The notes beneath the pieces are model-generated. The model did no database searches, was not told the DNA's origin, and saw only the letters and a program-made list of their open reading frames with translations. DNA of 64,000 nucleotides. Origin: Callorhinchus milii (Eukaryota). Positions 22,573-35,000 of this stretch are shown here, piece after piece. The stretch is from NCBI RefSeq assembly GCF_018977255.1, contig NW_024704751.1, positions 12,772,001 through 12,836,000 on the forward strand, given 5' to 3'. Numbering within the stretch: the first letter of the stretch is position 1; the number at the start of each line of letters is the position of its first letter. A program made the translations under genes and the position numbers.

Positions 22573-25500
22573 CAAAACCAACTGCCCTCCTCATCATCCA
22601 AAACTGGGCGAGGATCCCAATCACTGATGAACAGGAATTTCCAATCCCTTTGGTTTCCAATATGCCAACTGGAGCTTTGCGAGTACCTCATTGATACGGA
22701 GAATACTTTTTTTTAAAAGAAGGATTGTTTTTCTCGCAAAACAAAACATGAAATCTCTCCTGAAATGCGTGGAAATGCATAATTGAAGTCTAAATACTTC
22801 CCGACTCGTAGACACTCCTCCAGATATTGTTGTTTTCTGTTCTTCCTTTCTTTTTCTCTCTCCCTTCCCACCCCTCCGTTCCTTTCCTCCCTCCCTCCCT
22901 CCTCTACAAAAGTAAAAGTCAGCCTATATTTTATCTTTAGAAATGCGCTGAGTTCTCTCGTGGGCTCACTCACTCAAAAAAATAAATAAGAGTGAGATAA
23001 ACAACCATGAATGGGCAAAATAGCCATTGGATCCAAGATGGCTGGAGCCAGTTCAACATTCTGCAAGAGGAATGTTTGTTCTATCTTCCCGTATGCCAAA
23101 CATCTCATCTCAGAAATCCCATGGAAAACTTTGATATCCTACAGCTGGTCGTATTCTGGCTGAATCCTAACTACTTTTCCAGGGACTGAGCTTCCCCACT
23201 TCTGTTCAGATCGAGACCTCTATTTAAAAGGAAACAGTACATTGCAATCCTCTACTGTACTTGGCTCAGGATTTTTTACATAATATTAGAAGCGGAATTT
23301 TGTACTTGGGTCAGAATTTCTATAATGCGGGAGTGGTAATGTTCATAATTCTTTGCTTGGATCAGCTATGCATCTGTCCAGACCATTGTAACTGGCTTTA
23401 CAAAGCTCAATAAGTTATAAGATCAGGTAGTCAGTCAGTCAGTAGTCTTTAGCTGCTCACTTCCTGGCAATAGTTGTAGCAGGAACAGCTTAAATTAATC
23501 TATAAGAATGCTCAAATGTTCCTTTTAGCTTGTAAACATTAAATTAAATGGAATATTTATAAATATGAATCGTTGGAAGATATTTAATTGTAATTTTTTT
23601 GTTGCTTCATGCTAGTTAGAATGTAAATGTATACTTTGACCTACTTTCAACTTGATGGTGATCTGAACCTCAATTAATTAAAGGCACATGCTCTACGAAT
23701 GATATTTTGTATGTAACTGTACAGAGGTCCTCATTGAAGGGGAATTGCTTTTAGTTCAAATTGGCACAGTTACAAAAAGATCAGGAAAGTGTTGATTCGC
23801 ACCTACAATGTCGCCATGTTTCTGAATCATGATAATCTTTGCATTAGATATCGTGCCTTAGTCTTCCAGACGTCCCAAGGCACTTCACAGAATATAATGT
23901 AAAGTGAATTGACTGTATATTTTGTGGGTGAAACGCATCAGCCAATTGCGCACAGCAGCGTCCCCACAAACACTCGAGGATCGGGAGACCAAACGTTGCT
24001 CAAATTTCCTTAAAATATTTTGTAAAGGATTATTACCCCCAGAAAAGCGAACTGATAAATGTCTCTGATTTGTGCGTGTTCTGGTGTGTGGGGCAACATA
24101 GCCCTGAAAGCAGGTTAGTATGTCACCATGTGTGACGGCAATGCCTACGGCCCTCAAGGTGTAGGAGGGTGTTTGAAACATCTACTCGGGAAGAAAAACA
24201 TTCCCACGATGGCGTGTGTGTTTTTTAAATAACTTATGGCTTCTCCTGTTTATCAAGCGCTCAGGTAGAATCATGTCAATGGAACTGGCTGGTGCTACTG
24301 TTGCCGCTCACAGCGTTCTGTCTTGTCTCAACAGGCAGGGCGCTCGCTGTCCATTTTAAAGTAAAAATGCTGTGAAGCGCTTTATGTGGCACTGCTACTG
24401 TGCTCTTGCTGCAATAATGTCGTGACAATAAGGCTGTGCGGGACAGCTAACTGCCGCGTTTCGTCCACAAAATCCGCAGTCGATCCACTTTACAGTGTGT
24501 CCTGCGAAGCGTGTTGAGATGGGTATAATAATCCTTGCGTTTGATTTCGCACCTAATCATGTCTTCGAGACGTTTCAAAGCGCTTCACAGAATTTACTGT
24601 ACAGTGAATTGACTGTCACTATGACATGATAAGGAACATTATTATTATTATTGTAGTTGAATTCATTGTCTGGACTCGTGCATCAAGCAAGGCTACTTGA
24701 GCTGGGCGCTAAATGGCATCCGGCATGAGCGGAATTGTATCTTAATTGCAGGAATCGGCACCTCCACGAGAGGAGGGGGATTTTTTTTCAACCCTGTATG
24801 ATCTTTTGCACCGAGTATTATTTATTTGCACACAATCTATGTTCCTTCCTTCTTGATTCTCCAATGTCAGATCTGGTATTACTCAGAACAGGAGTTTGTG
24901 TTCTGGCAGCATTCACATTGTTATCAAGTACTTTGTTCTCTAACCTTTCTCTCTCTCTCTCTCTCTCTCTCAAGACTGAACTCTTTGAAACAGAGCAAAC
25001 ATTTATAATTTCTAAGTGCTTGTGACAGCTTTTAATTTTCTTTTGTACTTTTTTTCAGAGCTTTGTGGTTTCTTGGTCCTTTTCTATGGTTTATGATCAA
25101 TGAGTTCCTAATTTAACAGCGGTGTATTTTTTAAAAATGTTTCGGCTGTGTGCCTATCACTGTTTGTGGGACGCTGCTGCGTGCAATTGGCTGCCACGAT
25201 TCACTCACTAAATATACAGTCAGTCCACTTTACAGTATAATCTGTGAAGCGCTTTGAGACAAGACATGATAAGGCGCTATATCAAATGCAAAGATGATTA
25301 TTATTATGCCTCTCACTTGCTAACTGTACAAATATCCTTTTCTGTGCTAAATTGAAGGGTGTCACTTTTTCCTCTTCAAATGAGCCATGATTAAATCACT
25401 GGGAGTGGTTATTTGATGCCCAGAATATTCCTGAATGGTTAAGCATTTGTTTTTTTCGCAAACAGATTTTTTAAAAAAAACAAAAATCTCTCCATGCATT

Positions 25501-27559
25501 CATTAGCATTATGATCTCCTAGCAGCAAACTATAATAACAGTCCTTGCATTTGATATAGCGCCTTATCACATTTCCGAGACGCCTCAAAGCGCTTCACAG
25601 AATATCCAGTAAAGTGAATTAACTTTATATCTTGTGGGCGAAACATGGCAAGAAATCGCGCACAACAATGTCCCAAAAACAGTCGTGGATTGAGTGACCA
25701 TATTATTATTTGATGCACATAGATTAGGACCAGAGCGAGTGGTGGCAATGCTCTCAACTGTTTTATGCTTGAGCTGTGTTCACAAGGAAGCTCACAGGGA
25801 AGCTCCATCTCTTGAGGGTTCAAACCTGCACTTGTCGGATATCAAATAACCATCTAACTAGTGATTATATTTCTTGGAGAGGGTGAGGTAAGCTTAGCTC
25901 TCTCCCGAGAAGACAAATGTTATGACAAAATGTCAGAATCATGTCAATGCTCTGTGGCAGTCTCTCGTCCATTTCCTGAGCAGTTGGGTCCATGGTGCTA
26001 ATGACAGACCAGCCAGTCTGGTTCATTGGCAGAATTTGGAGGGCACTAGGGGCAAGGAATAAGTGCTCTGGGACGCTACCCGGCTTGAAGGGCGCTATAT
26101 AAATGCAAGTTTTTTTTGTTGTCTCTTCCCACTCTGCTTCTACTAACCCTGTAAGCTAAAGCCCTAGAATGGGTATCATGGTCCTATCCGGAAAAGCAGT
26201 GGGACGCTTGCCAACACTACTCTCAACACGGCTTTAGCTGGTGAAACTCCAGCAATCGCCCAAAGCACATTCCACACACAGACATTTGCATGAGTCGGTG
26301 ACGGACAGATGTGGAACTCTTTCTGGTTTGGATGCTCTTTAGGGTGCAGATAGGTTTCCGCACGTGTTGGACACCGGCCGGGCTGCCCCCCTAAACAAAC
26401 GAGGACCAGAGTAACTTTATATTTTATAGTTGTATCTTGTTGCTGAAGCCAATTACGCTAATGAGGAGGCCAAATGTGATAGGATTATTCTGTGCACTGC
26501 AATGGAAATACTGGTCTAACGTCCTATTTTAAAATTATTTCTACCTTGTTACACATCTGGTTTGCGCTCGATTTGACCGTACATTTTTTTTTTTTTTTTT
26601 TGGTTTGGTACGTTAACTACGGAAAATAACTTAAATCGTTCCTCAACGGTTGAGAGAGAGAGAGAGAGGGTGGGGGGGGGCGGGTGGCAGCAGCAGCCCA
26701 GTTGCGTGTGGTTCTGCCATCTCCTCAGCTGCGAATCGGCTTCTGTCAACGGCCGACCGGAAGGAAATGCTGCGAAAAGCCGAGAAACAGGAACAGCGTT
26801 TTCGTTTCAAGAAAAAGTGAGATCCAAGAGCTATTTAGCGCCGCCCCCCCCCCCCCACCCCCCCACAACCCCCACCCCACCCCCCCACCCCAAAAAAGAC
26901 CCAACCCATCAGCATAATGTTGCGTTGGATGACAGCGCCTTATCAACGCGGTCGAGGTGCGCCACGGGATAATAATAATAATAATAATCCTCGCATTTGA
27001 TATAGCGCTTTTCACGTCGGGAGGACGTCCCAAAGCGCTTCGCAGAATAGACTGTAAAGTGAATTGACGGTGTATTTCGTGCGCCAAACGCGAGCGCGAG
27101 CTCCGGGTTGCAACGGCTTTGTTAACTGGGAGCCGGCGGGCGGGCGGATGGATGGAGAAGAAAAGACTTGCCACCCCCCCCCCCCCTCCTTCGTCTCCCC
27201 CGCAAACAATAAAGGTAAATTTAACAAAGGCGGTGGGTGGGGTGGGTGGGTGGTGGGTGGTGGGTGCAACTTCTTGCCTAAGGCTCTCACAGCCTTTCCA
27301 CGTACAAAAAAAAGAGAGAAGGCTGGAGAGGCAAACACAGGGTGTGCACCAGAGATGGGAATATTACATTGTAGCCCCAAAGCCCCAGAAGCAATAGCCC
27401 AAAAAAGTAGCCCACAATGTGATTGCATAGCCTCCTTCTGGGGGTGGGGGGGGGTCGGTGTGGTGGCAGATTTCGGGGGGTGATTGCTGTTCGAGGAAAA
27501 GTCTTCGGAGTGGGGGAGGGGGGGGTCGGGGGGGGTTTAAATCAAACGTTTATATCAAA

Positions 27560-27815
27560 AAAAGAGGAGGAAGCGCGAGTGCAGGGCAAACCCGCCCAAT
27601 TGGGGCGGGAAACCGCCCAACCCGCCCAACCCGCCCCAACCCGCCCACACCACAGCACAGCGGCTCCGGGGCGTCTTTTCTCCTTATTAGGACACAGCGG
27701 AAGTGAGGGACCCGCGCGGCGCGGTGGCTTGTGGGAGGGGGGGGGGAGGCGGGGCGGCACTTCCGGAGGCGGTGGACACAGGGGCACAGGGAGAGGGAGA
27801 GAGGGAGAGCACCGG
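27560..27815 (+). promoter_or_regulatory. CAP1 CpG-island promoter and non-coding exon 1
   Basis: Repeated CCGCCC boxes, CCAAT, CArG box CCTTATTAGG (27682-27691), ETS-type CGGAAGTG (27698-27705), donor CGG|GTGAGT after 27815; acceptor TTTGTAG ends 32035, before the ATG. Confidence 0.7.
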
Positions 27816-27974
27816 GTGAGTGGGGGGTCGGGGGTGGGGGGGGCGCGCGGGTGGTTTTATTAAACAACACACACGGACTGCGTTGTTCACTCGTTCTGCG
27901 ATGAGTTTGTGACTGAGGTTTACACCCGACTCTGTGTGTGTGTGTGTGTGGGGGGGGGTATGCGGTTTAAGTGG

Positions 27975-28628
27975 AAGAGGGGAGGGTGTTGGTGGGGGGA
28001 AGGAAGAGAGGGGAGTGGGGGGAGAGGAAGAGAGGGGGAGGAAGAGGGGAGTGGGGGGGAGAGGAAGAGAGGGGAGTGGGGGGGAGAGGAAGAGAGGGGA
28101 GTGGGGGGGAGAGGAAGAGAGGGGAGTGGGGGGGGAGGAAGAGGGGGAGGAAGAGGGGAGTGGGGAGAGGAAGAGAGGGGAGTGGGGGGGAGGAAGAGAG
28201 GGGAGTGGGGGGAGGAAGAGAGGGGAGTGGGGGGGAGGAAGAGAGGGGAGTGGGGGGGAGGAAGAGAGGGGAGTGGGGGGGAGGAAGAGAGGGGGAGGAA
28301 GAGGGGAGTGGGGGGGAGGGGAAGAGAGGGGAGTGGGGGGAGGGAAGAGAGGGGAGTGGGGGGGAGGAAGAGAGGGGAGTGGGGGGAGGAAGAGAGGGGA
28401 GTGGGGGGGAGGAAGAGAGGGGAGTGGGGGGGAGGGAAGAGAGGGGAGTGGGGGGGAGGGAAGAGAGGGGAGTGGGGGGGAGGAAGAGGGGAGTGGGGGG
28501 GGAGGGAAGAGAGGGGAGTGGGGGGAGGGGAAGAGAGGGGAGTGGGGGGGGAGGAAGAGGGGAGTGGGGGGGGAGGGAAGAGAGGGGAGTGGGGGGGAGA
28601 GGAAGAGAGGGGCGGGGAGTTGGGGGGA
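27975..28628. repeat. Purine-rich minisatellite (GGAAGAGAGGGGAGTGGGGGGGA units) in CAP1 intron 1
   Basis: Direct reading; accounts for the stacked Gly/Arg/Glu and Pro/Ser ORFs in all frames. Confidence 0.92.
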
Positions 28629-31600
28629 CAAATGGGTTTTCCATAGTGACTGTCAGGTACAGAAGGGGGAATAGAAGAAAAAACGATGTTTTTTGGGGGG
28701 GGGTGGGGGGCAATATAAAATATTCAGTCAATTCACTTTACAGTATATTCTGTGAAGCGCTGTGAGACGTCGCGAAGACCCGATGACGTGCTAATGCGAG
28801 GCTTATGATTATGGTTGTTATTATTATTATTATTTGGCACCTTCTCGCAGTGTTGAGACGTCTCAGAGTACTTTGGGGCTCGGAGACCGGGGGAAATTCC
28901 ATTTGTCGGCTCACCAGCTCGTTTGTACCAGGCTTCTTGCTGTAAACTATGAGCGAGCAGTAAAATTGTGTCTGAGTGTATAATTGTGCCTAGTAGCGGT
29001 GGGTTATTTATATGTATATATATTTTATATATATATATATATATACCAAAGCGGCTAGCAAACCCAGGTCTGAAAGCCAGCACATTAGCTGCAGGTCAAG
29101 ATGGTCACTCACTCACTGTCTGTCTGGGCTGTTGCAACAGCTCACAACTTTGAAATGTGCTGTTGCAACAACTTGACTTTAAATACTATTGCTTGCTGGT
29201 TTGGGTGGTGCACTGTTCCCATGAGTCTCTCCTGTGCTGAATGCCCTGAACACTGTGGTAATGTGGAAACTTTTTTTTTGCTGATAAAAGTTTAGTCTGA
29301 CTCGCTAATCATTATTTCAGTCGGATGTGCAACAGGTTATTTGAATAGAGGGCATTCGTTTGCTGTGTGTGTGTGTGTCAGCAATATTGATCGGACGTCT
29401 GAAGCCAACCTGTGTGCAGTGTGAATCGAGGAAACTTGTGTAAATATGTTTACATGCAAACAGGGCAGGTATTCGAGCAGCATTGCATTGTATCTATGGA
29501 GGATTCTGCCTCTTTTCCAACCTCAGTTGTGTTTCCTGTTGTGTATGGGCAGAGGGTCGTACAGTCGAGGTTTGTATTTCCGTGAAGACAAATCTGAGGT
29601 AGTAGATGAAATTGGTTTACTTTGAGCCCACACCTATTTGTTGAACACAAGTTATTTACTCCAGCTGCAAAATAAAATAATTTTAGTAATAGTATTCTGA
29701 AATAATTGTGACTTTTTAGGGGGAAAAAAATGGAGTCAATGATCTAATGTCTCACAGTTGAGCTTTAGCTGTGTATTTCTGTATTCTTAATCCTGTACCA
29801 CTGACAATAAGATGAAAGCAATAGGATGAGTACTGTCTGACCCGGGTTGACTCAAGAGGATTGCTAAATCAGAGTGTGTTGTGCTGTTTAAAAGGCATTG
29901 CCAAGTCAAATGTCCCTTCTAAAGTTATTAATTATAGCTGTTAAGAGTGTATTCTGTATTATATTTAGAATTAATTCCTCAGAATTCTTTTTAAAGCATT
30001 TTATAGGGTTGTGTTTGATGCTTTAGTAAAGTAATAAAGCTTTAAAGCTGCTTTGCCTTATGAAAGCCTTGATCTTGTTTATCTACCTGCTTCCCTTAAA
30101 TTAGCAGTTTAGGATTAAAATCTGAGATCAACTATTGAACACTGTTGTTGGCCTACAAATGTCCAGGGTTAGGGACTTGGCAAGAACAACAATAATAATA
30201 TTGATACTCCAGAGTTTGATTACAGTCAACTCAATGAAATGCTTAAGACCAAGGTCAAAATATTGTTTCTATAATACACACTATTTTGAATATGCTTCAC
30301 GTTGAACAGGTCCTGTATATTTTCATTGGTATCTTGTCTGGATAGATTCTAAAGTGTTGAGTTACTCCTGTTAAGTTGTTAATCACTTATTGTTCTGTTT
30401 ATTCTGAAGCTTAATTCTCATTCGATTTGGGGTATATTGAATGTAAATTGTATACCATTGGGTTTCCTTCGAAATCTACACCCGATTAGATGTTTTATTC
30501 ACAATTTTTTTTTAGAGGCAGTGGAGAAGAGAGGCAAAACTTGCATGTAGCAGTAAACTTTTTTACACTTAACTGACAAACATGGTGGTGGCAAATTCAA
30601 ATGTACTGTAGAAGCTGAGGTGGAAAATCAGATGAGGTTACAACCACCTGCCAAAACTAGGTGTCAAATGCGGTCTTTTATTCTGCTACCGACTTCCATC
30701 TTGTAGCAGAGCGGTTCCCTCCAAAGATGATGTAGTAGAGAATGCAGTCACTCAATCGTGTATTCCCAGAGGACTGGAAACACACTCAAATAGTAAACTT
30801 AGATTCTGGATTAGATTTTGCAACAGCGTAATTCTTTCTTTCAACTGGAGATAATAAGTAATTTGTGCTCCGTTTCACCTGGTTCATATTCACAGTCGCT
30901 TGAGGTTTCTACAAGAAGATGTTCATTGTAGTCGAAACCTGTCCCAGCGAGCCGCATGACGGGTGGACGGCAGCTAAAATTGAATGCGGTGTACTGAAAC
31001 TTGTAACTGTGGGGCACAGGCTGAAATTCAAAAGAAACCTGTTTTTCAAAGTGTCTCAGTGTACTGCTCATTGGTCTGTGGGGAAAAAAAAGTTATTGGG
31101 CTGCAAACGTAGGGAGAATAGCTGCTTGACTGAGGGACCCCAATGGAACTTTACCCCAAGGTGAGCTGCTGCCTTGAAGGGGGAAGAAAAGGAGTTGTAT
31201 GGGGAGTAAGGATGCAAAATGCAATCAATGTGAAGTAACCTCAGATCTTTTCTAATTGACAAAATGGAGGCAGAAGTCATTTTCTTGATCTCTCTCATTA
31301 TTTCCAAATGCTGCTGTGAATCCGATAACTGGTCGAGTTTGACTTTGATCTGCTTTGCATCCATCACTTCCTGGTTCTAAAGATTGCGAGGCTCTAACAG
31401 TACATTCCTGGACAAGTCCATACATTTTCATGTTTTGTGAATAGTTTGAAATCCAATGATTTCAAAGCTTGAAACCTCATGATCTGTAATCCTGAAGCCA
31501 CAAACTTACTTTCAGCAAATTCCGTTGTGTCTTGACTGAAACCAGTCTGTCTTGCCGGAAGCAGCTCACTTCCTGAAATGAGTACTTAGTAATTTGTGAG

Positions 31601-32055
31601 CTGCTCTGGTCAGGGTTATTCAGGATGTTGGTGTTACATTTGCGCCATGTTTACTGAACGGAAAGATCTAAAAAAGGTAGTCCTAGATAGATGGTTCAGG
31701 AAATGGGACACACTTCAATGGAAAATTCAAACGCATCTCTGATTTTAATTGCAGCAGACCTTTTTGTTTTAATCCTTGCCTTTCATATAGCGCCCACAAA
31801 ATGCACAATCAATTCACTGTGAAGCTCTTTGAGACGTCTTGAAGATGTGATAAGACGCTATTTCAAATGTAATTATTATGAGTGATAGATACTGCACCGT
31901 AAAGTGATCGTTTGGGGAGAAAATTCTACTTTGCCGCAATTATCATCTCTGGTGTGAGGCTTGCATGGCATAACATTTAGTTGAACAAAGAAATTTATTT
32001 TATTTTGACTCATTCTTGATCTTTCCTCTTTGTAGGTTGTTGAACAATTGCAAAC

Positions 32056-35000
32056 ATGGAGGCCTTGATACAGAGACTGGAGACGGCTGTGATTCAGTTG
32101 GAGACGGTGGTTCAATCCGGAGTGCCTGGAGCTGGCTCTGTAGATACTGGTAAAAAAAAACTACTGGACAATTTAGGATTTCAAAAGATGAAAGATTCTT
32201 CCATTGATTGATGGGTGATTCACGATTGTTCTCTGTTTGGCCAGCACGATTGTGGTTCAAATAAGTGACCTTTCAATCATTGTGTTGGTCTGTTGCTGAT
32301 CTAATTGGCCTTGTAAGGAATTAGGTCTGTGGATTTTTCTATTAGTGTAATTGGTTGTTATTGTTGGAGTTGAATGTTCTGCTTTTGAGTTTATTAGCGA
32401 TTAGATGCAGTGTTACCTGACAAATCAGACGGCTGGGCTATTTTTAAAATGGGTGTGCAGACCTGGGTAAGGACGCTGGCTAACATTCCAGTCTGGGACA
32501 GATTGGAGCTAACTATGCAATTTACCTTCAAAGTAGAATTGTTAAGATATTCAACAGTTCGTTTCTGGGGGTTGGTGTCTGTTTTCCTAAAAAAAATGAA
32601 GTGAAGAGTAATTAAACCCACATCCCATCACTTTGTGGGGTTATTGCATAGTAATGTATTTTACTGTTGAATAGTAAAACGTGAAACTTTTTTAGAAGCC
32701 CTTTTTTAGCCAGGAGCTGATCTATACATAGTACAAAAAGAGAGCGGAACAATAAAGGGCTCAGGTCTGCTCCAAGGAGAATTTCCCCACACAGTATCCG
32801 GCTACACATTACTCCCAGTGCTGGCTGCTTGAACACTGGAAAATATTAATGTAAGGAAGCGTCATTGGTGGAAAATGATCTCAGCGCATAACCATGCAAA
32901 CTTGGAATACAGGACGCCGGTATTTTGTTTAGCAAGATCCAGGCGTGACCTGGAGAAAATCTTGCGCAATAATGGTGGAGCAACTTGGCACAACTAACTG
33001 CCCTATCTATAACATTATGCTGATCAGACATTGTTGGTATATTGTGGTTGAGAAGATTCTATGTGTTATTGCTCTATCTTTAATGGTGACCAAGTTGAGC
33101 AATGAGCACATAAAATTCCAGTCCCATCAGTGAAGGAATGGCTCCATGGATGTTTTTTGATGCATGTGATTTACTTTATTTGGTATCAATCTGATGCATA
33201 TTATGAGAAGCTTCTTTGCTTAAAATTCAGTAGCAGATTTAGTGGTCAATTTGTTCATTACCTCGTGGTTGCTAAGTTTCATACATAAAAAACGTATTGG
33301 GTTGTATTATTATCGTGGGATATTTAATTACATATTTAAACTAATACAATTGTAGGAGAATGGGTGTTCAATTGTAAGTACATAATAATTCTGTGTGTAG
33401 TGCAAATTGTGTATGAGTGATAATGCAAATAATAATGCAAAACCAGACCAGTTGTGTAGTACTGTTTAGTTTATGAATACTGATTTCCATCTATTGTTTA
33501 CAGCGTGTGCTGCCTATGTGGAGGAGTTTGATGAAATTCTTGCTGGGCCGGTAGCTGAGTACTACAAACAGAGCAAAGGGATTGGTGGAGATGTTTTTAA
33601 ACATGTGAGTAATTCTGCCTTTTTTAAGTGGTGTTTTAATGACCAGCACGCTGTCTGCATTACTGGGTTCATAAGCAACTCCAGTTATCTCATTAAGTAG
33701 TCCATGCCTTCAGGGATTTGGAAATGCAAAGTAAGTAATCTTTGCTTTCACTTGTACTGTCTGCTTCCTTTGACAGTTGACCACTCTATCCTTCTCCACT
33801 GTCTTCTCTTTGCTGCACCTTCGTGGTTGTGTCCTATTTGATTTCACTCCCAGTGTGTTTACTTTCTCATCTAAACGGCTTCTGCCCTCACACAATTACA
33901 AGTTGCCTTCCTTTGTGGTTCTAAGTTTCATATTCTGTCATATCCATATTTGGAGTTGAGGTACAGATCAGTTATGATCTAATAGAATGGAAAATCAGGC
34001 TCCAGGGGCTGAATGGTCTGCTTCTGTTCATATGTTCCTATGTCCTTGGGCCTGTTTTTCATTTATATGCTCCCACTTGGTAACAATAGGATCCAATTCC
34101 ACATGTTCGTGTATGTTGGGCGTCAAGTCTGGATGAGCTCCAAATTGCTTCAATTAAAATTCTAAGATAATTGGCTGAATTAGGTTTCTTCATGAGGAAG
34201 ATTTGACTACTTAGTCATCGGGGTTGCATAGGTTTGTGCTCACTTAGGTCAGTCGGATGTCCAGTTTGATTAGAGTGTTGGAAATCCCAGGAAAAACCTA
34301 AATTTTCGAGGCGAGACACTGTTTGGCATGAAGGGCACTATATAAATGCAAATTGTTGTTGTTACATTTTTTCCACCTTAATCTGAGTTATGAAAGTGAG
34401 GGTTAAATGTGTCCTGATCAGTCCCCACAGTACTTTTGTGTAACCTGCTTTTGCTGTATGTCTAGGCTGAGATGGTGACCACAGGATTGAATCTGCAAAG
34501 GAAATTCCTGGTGATTGCTTCCCAATGCCAGAAACCTTCAGAGGTAGGTCAACATTCGGATTGGGTCTGTTTGCTGCTTGTACTCTCGGAAACCGTGTAC
34601 ATTTTCATGCTCAACATACAGGAGTTTCTCTTCTGTTTCTTTACTTTACTTTTCCAGTTAACTTTGTAATCAAGTAGAAATTCCGGGTAATTTGAATGGG
34701 GTTTGATGATCATGAATGAGTAATGCTAGAATTTGAAGATGACTAAAATTGAAGAATGATTACCGGATAGATATGTTTTAATGTCTAAGAATTGAAATTG
34801 GAGAGGTGTAGGTGTGGTATCTACTTTTATCAATGGATATTGGAGTGTAAAGCTATTGGTGCAGAAGTAATGTATTAACTGCATTAAGAACATGACATAG
34901 GTGATCTGACTGCAGCTGTTGGGTTAGGAAATGATACCTGACAAATGAACTCTTAATAGAAATCAGTGGGTTAATATTTAGATGTTTGCTGATTGTTTGT

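Noticed and set aside
27687-28765. Overlapping 245-314 aa ORFs on both strands
   Set aside because: Produced by the purine-rich minisatellite in CAP1 intron 1.
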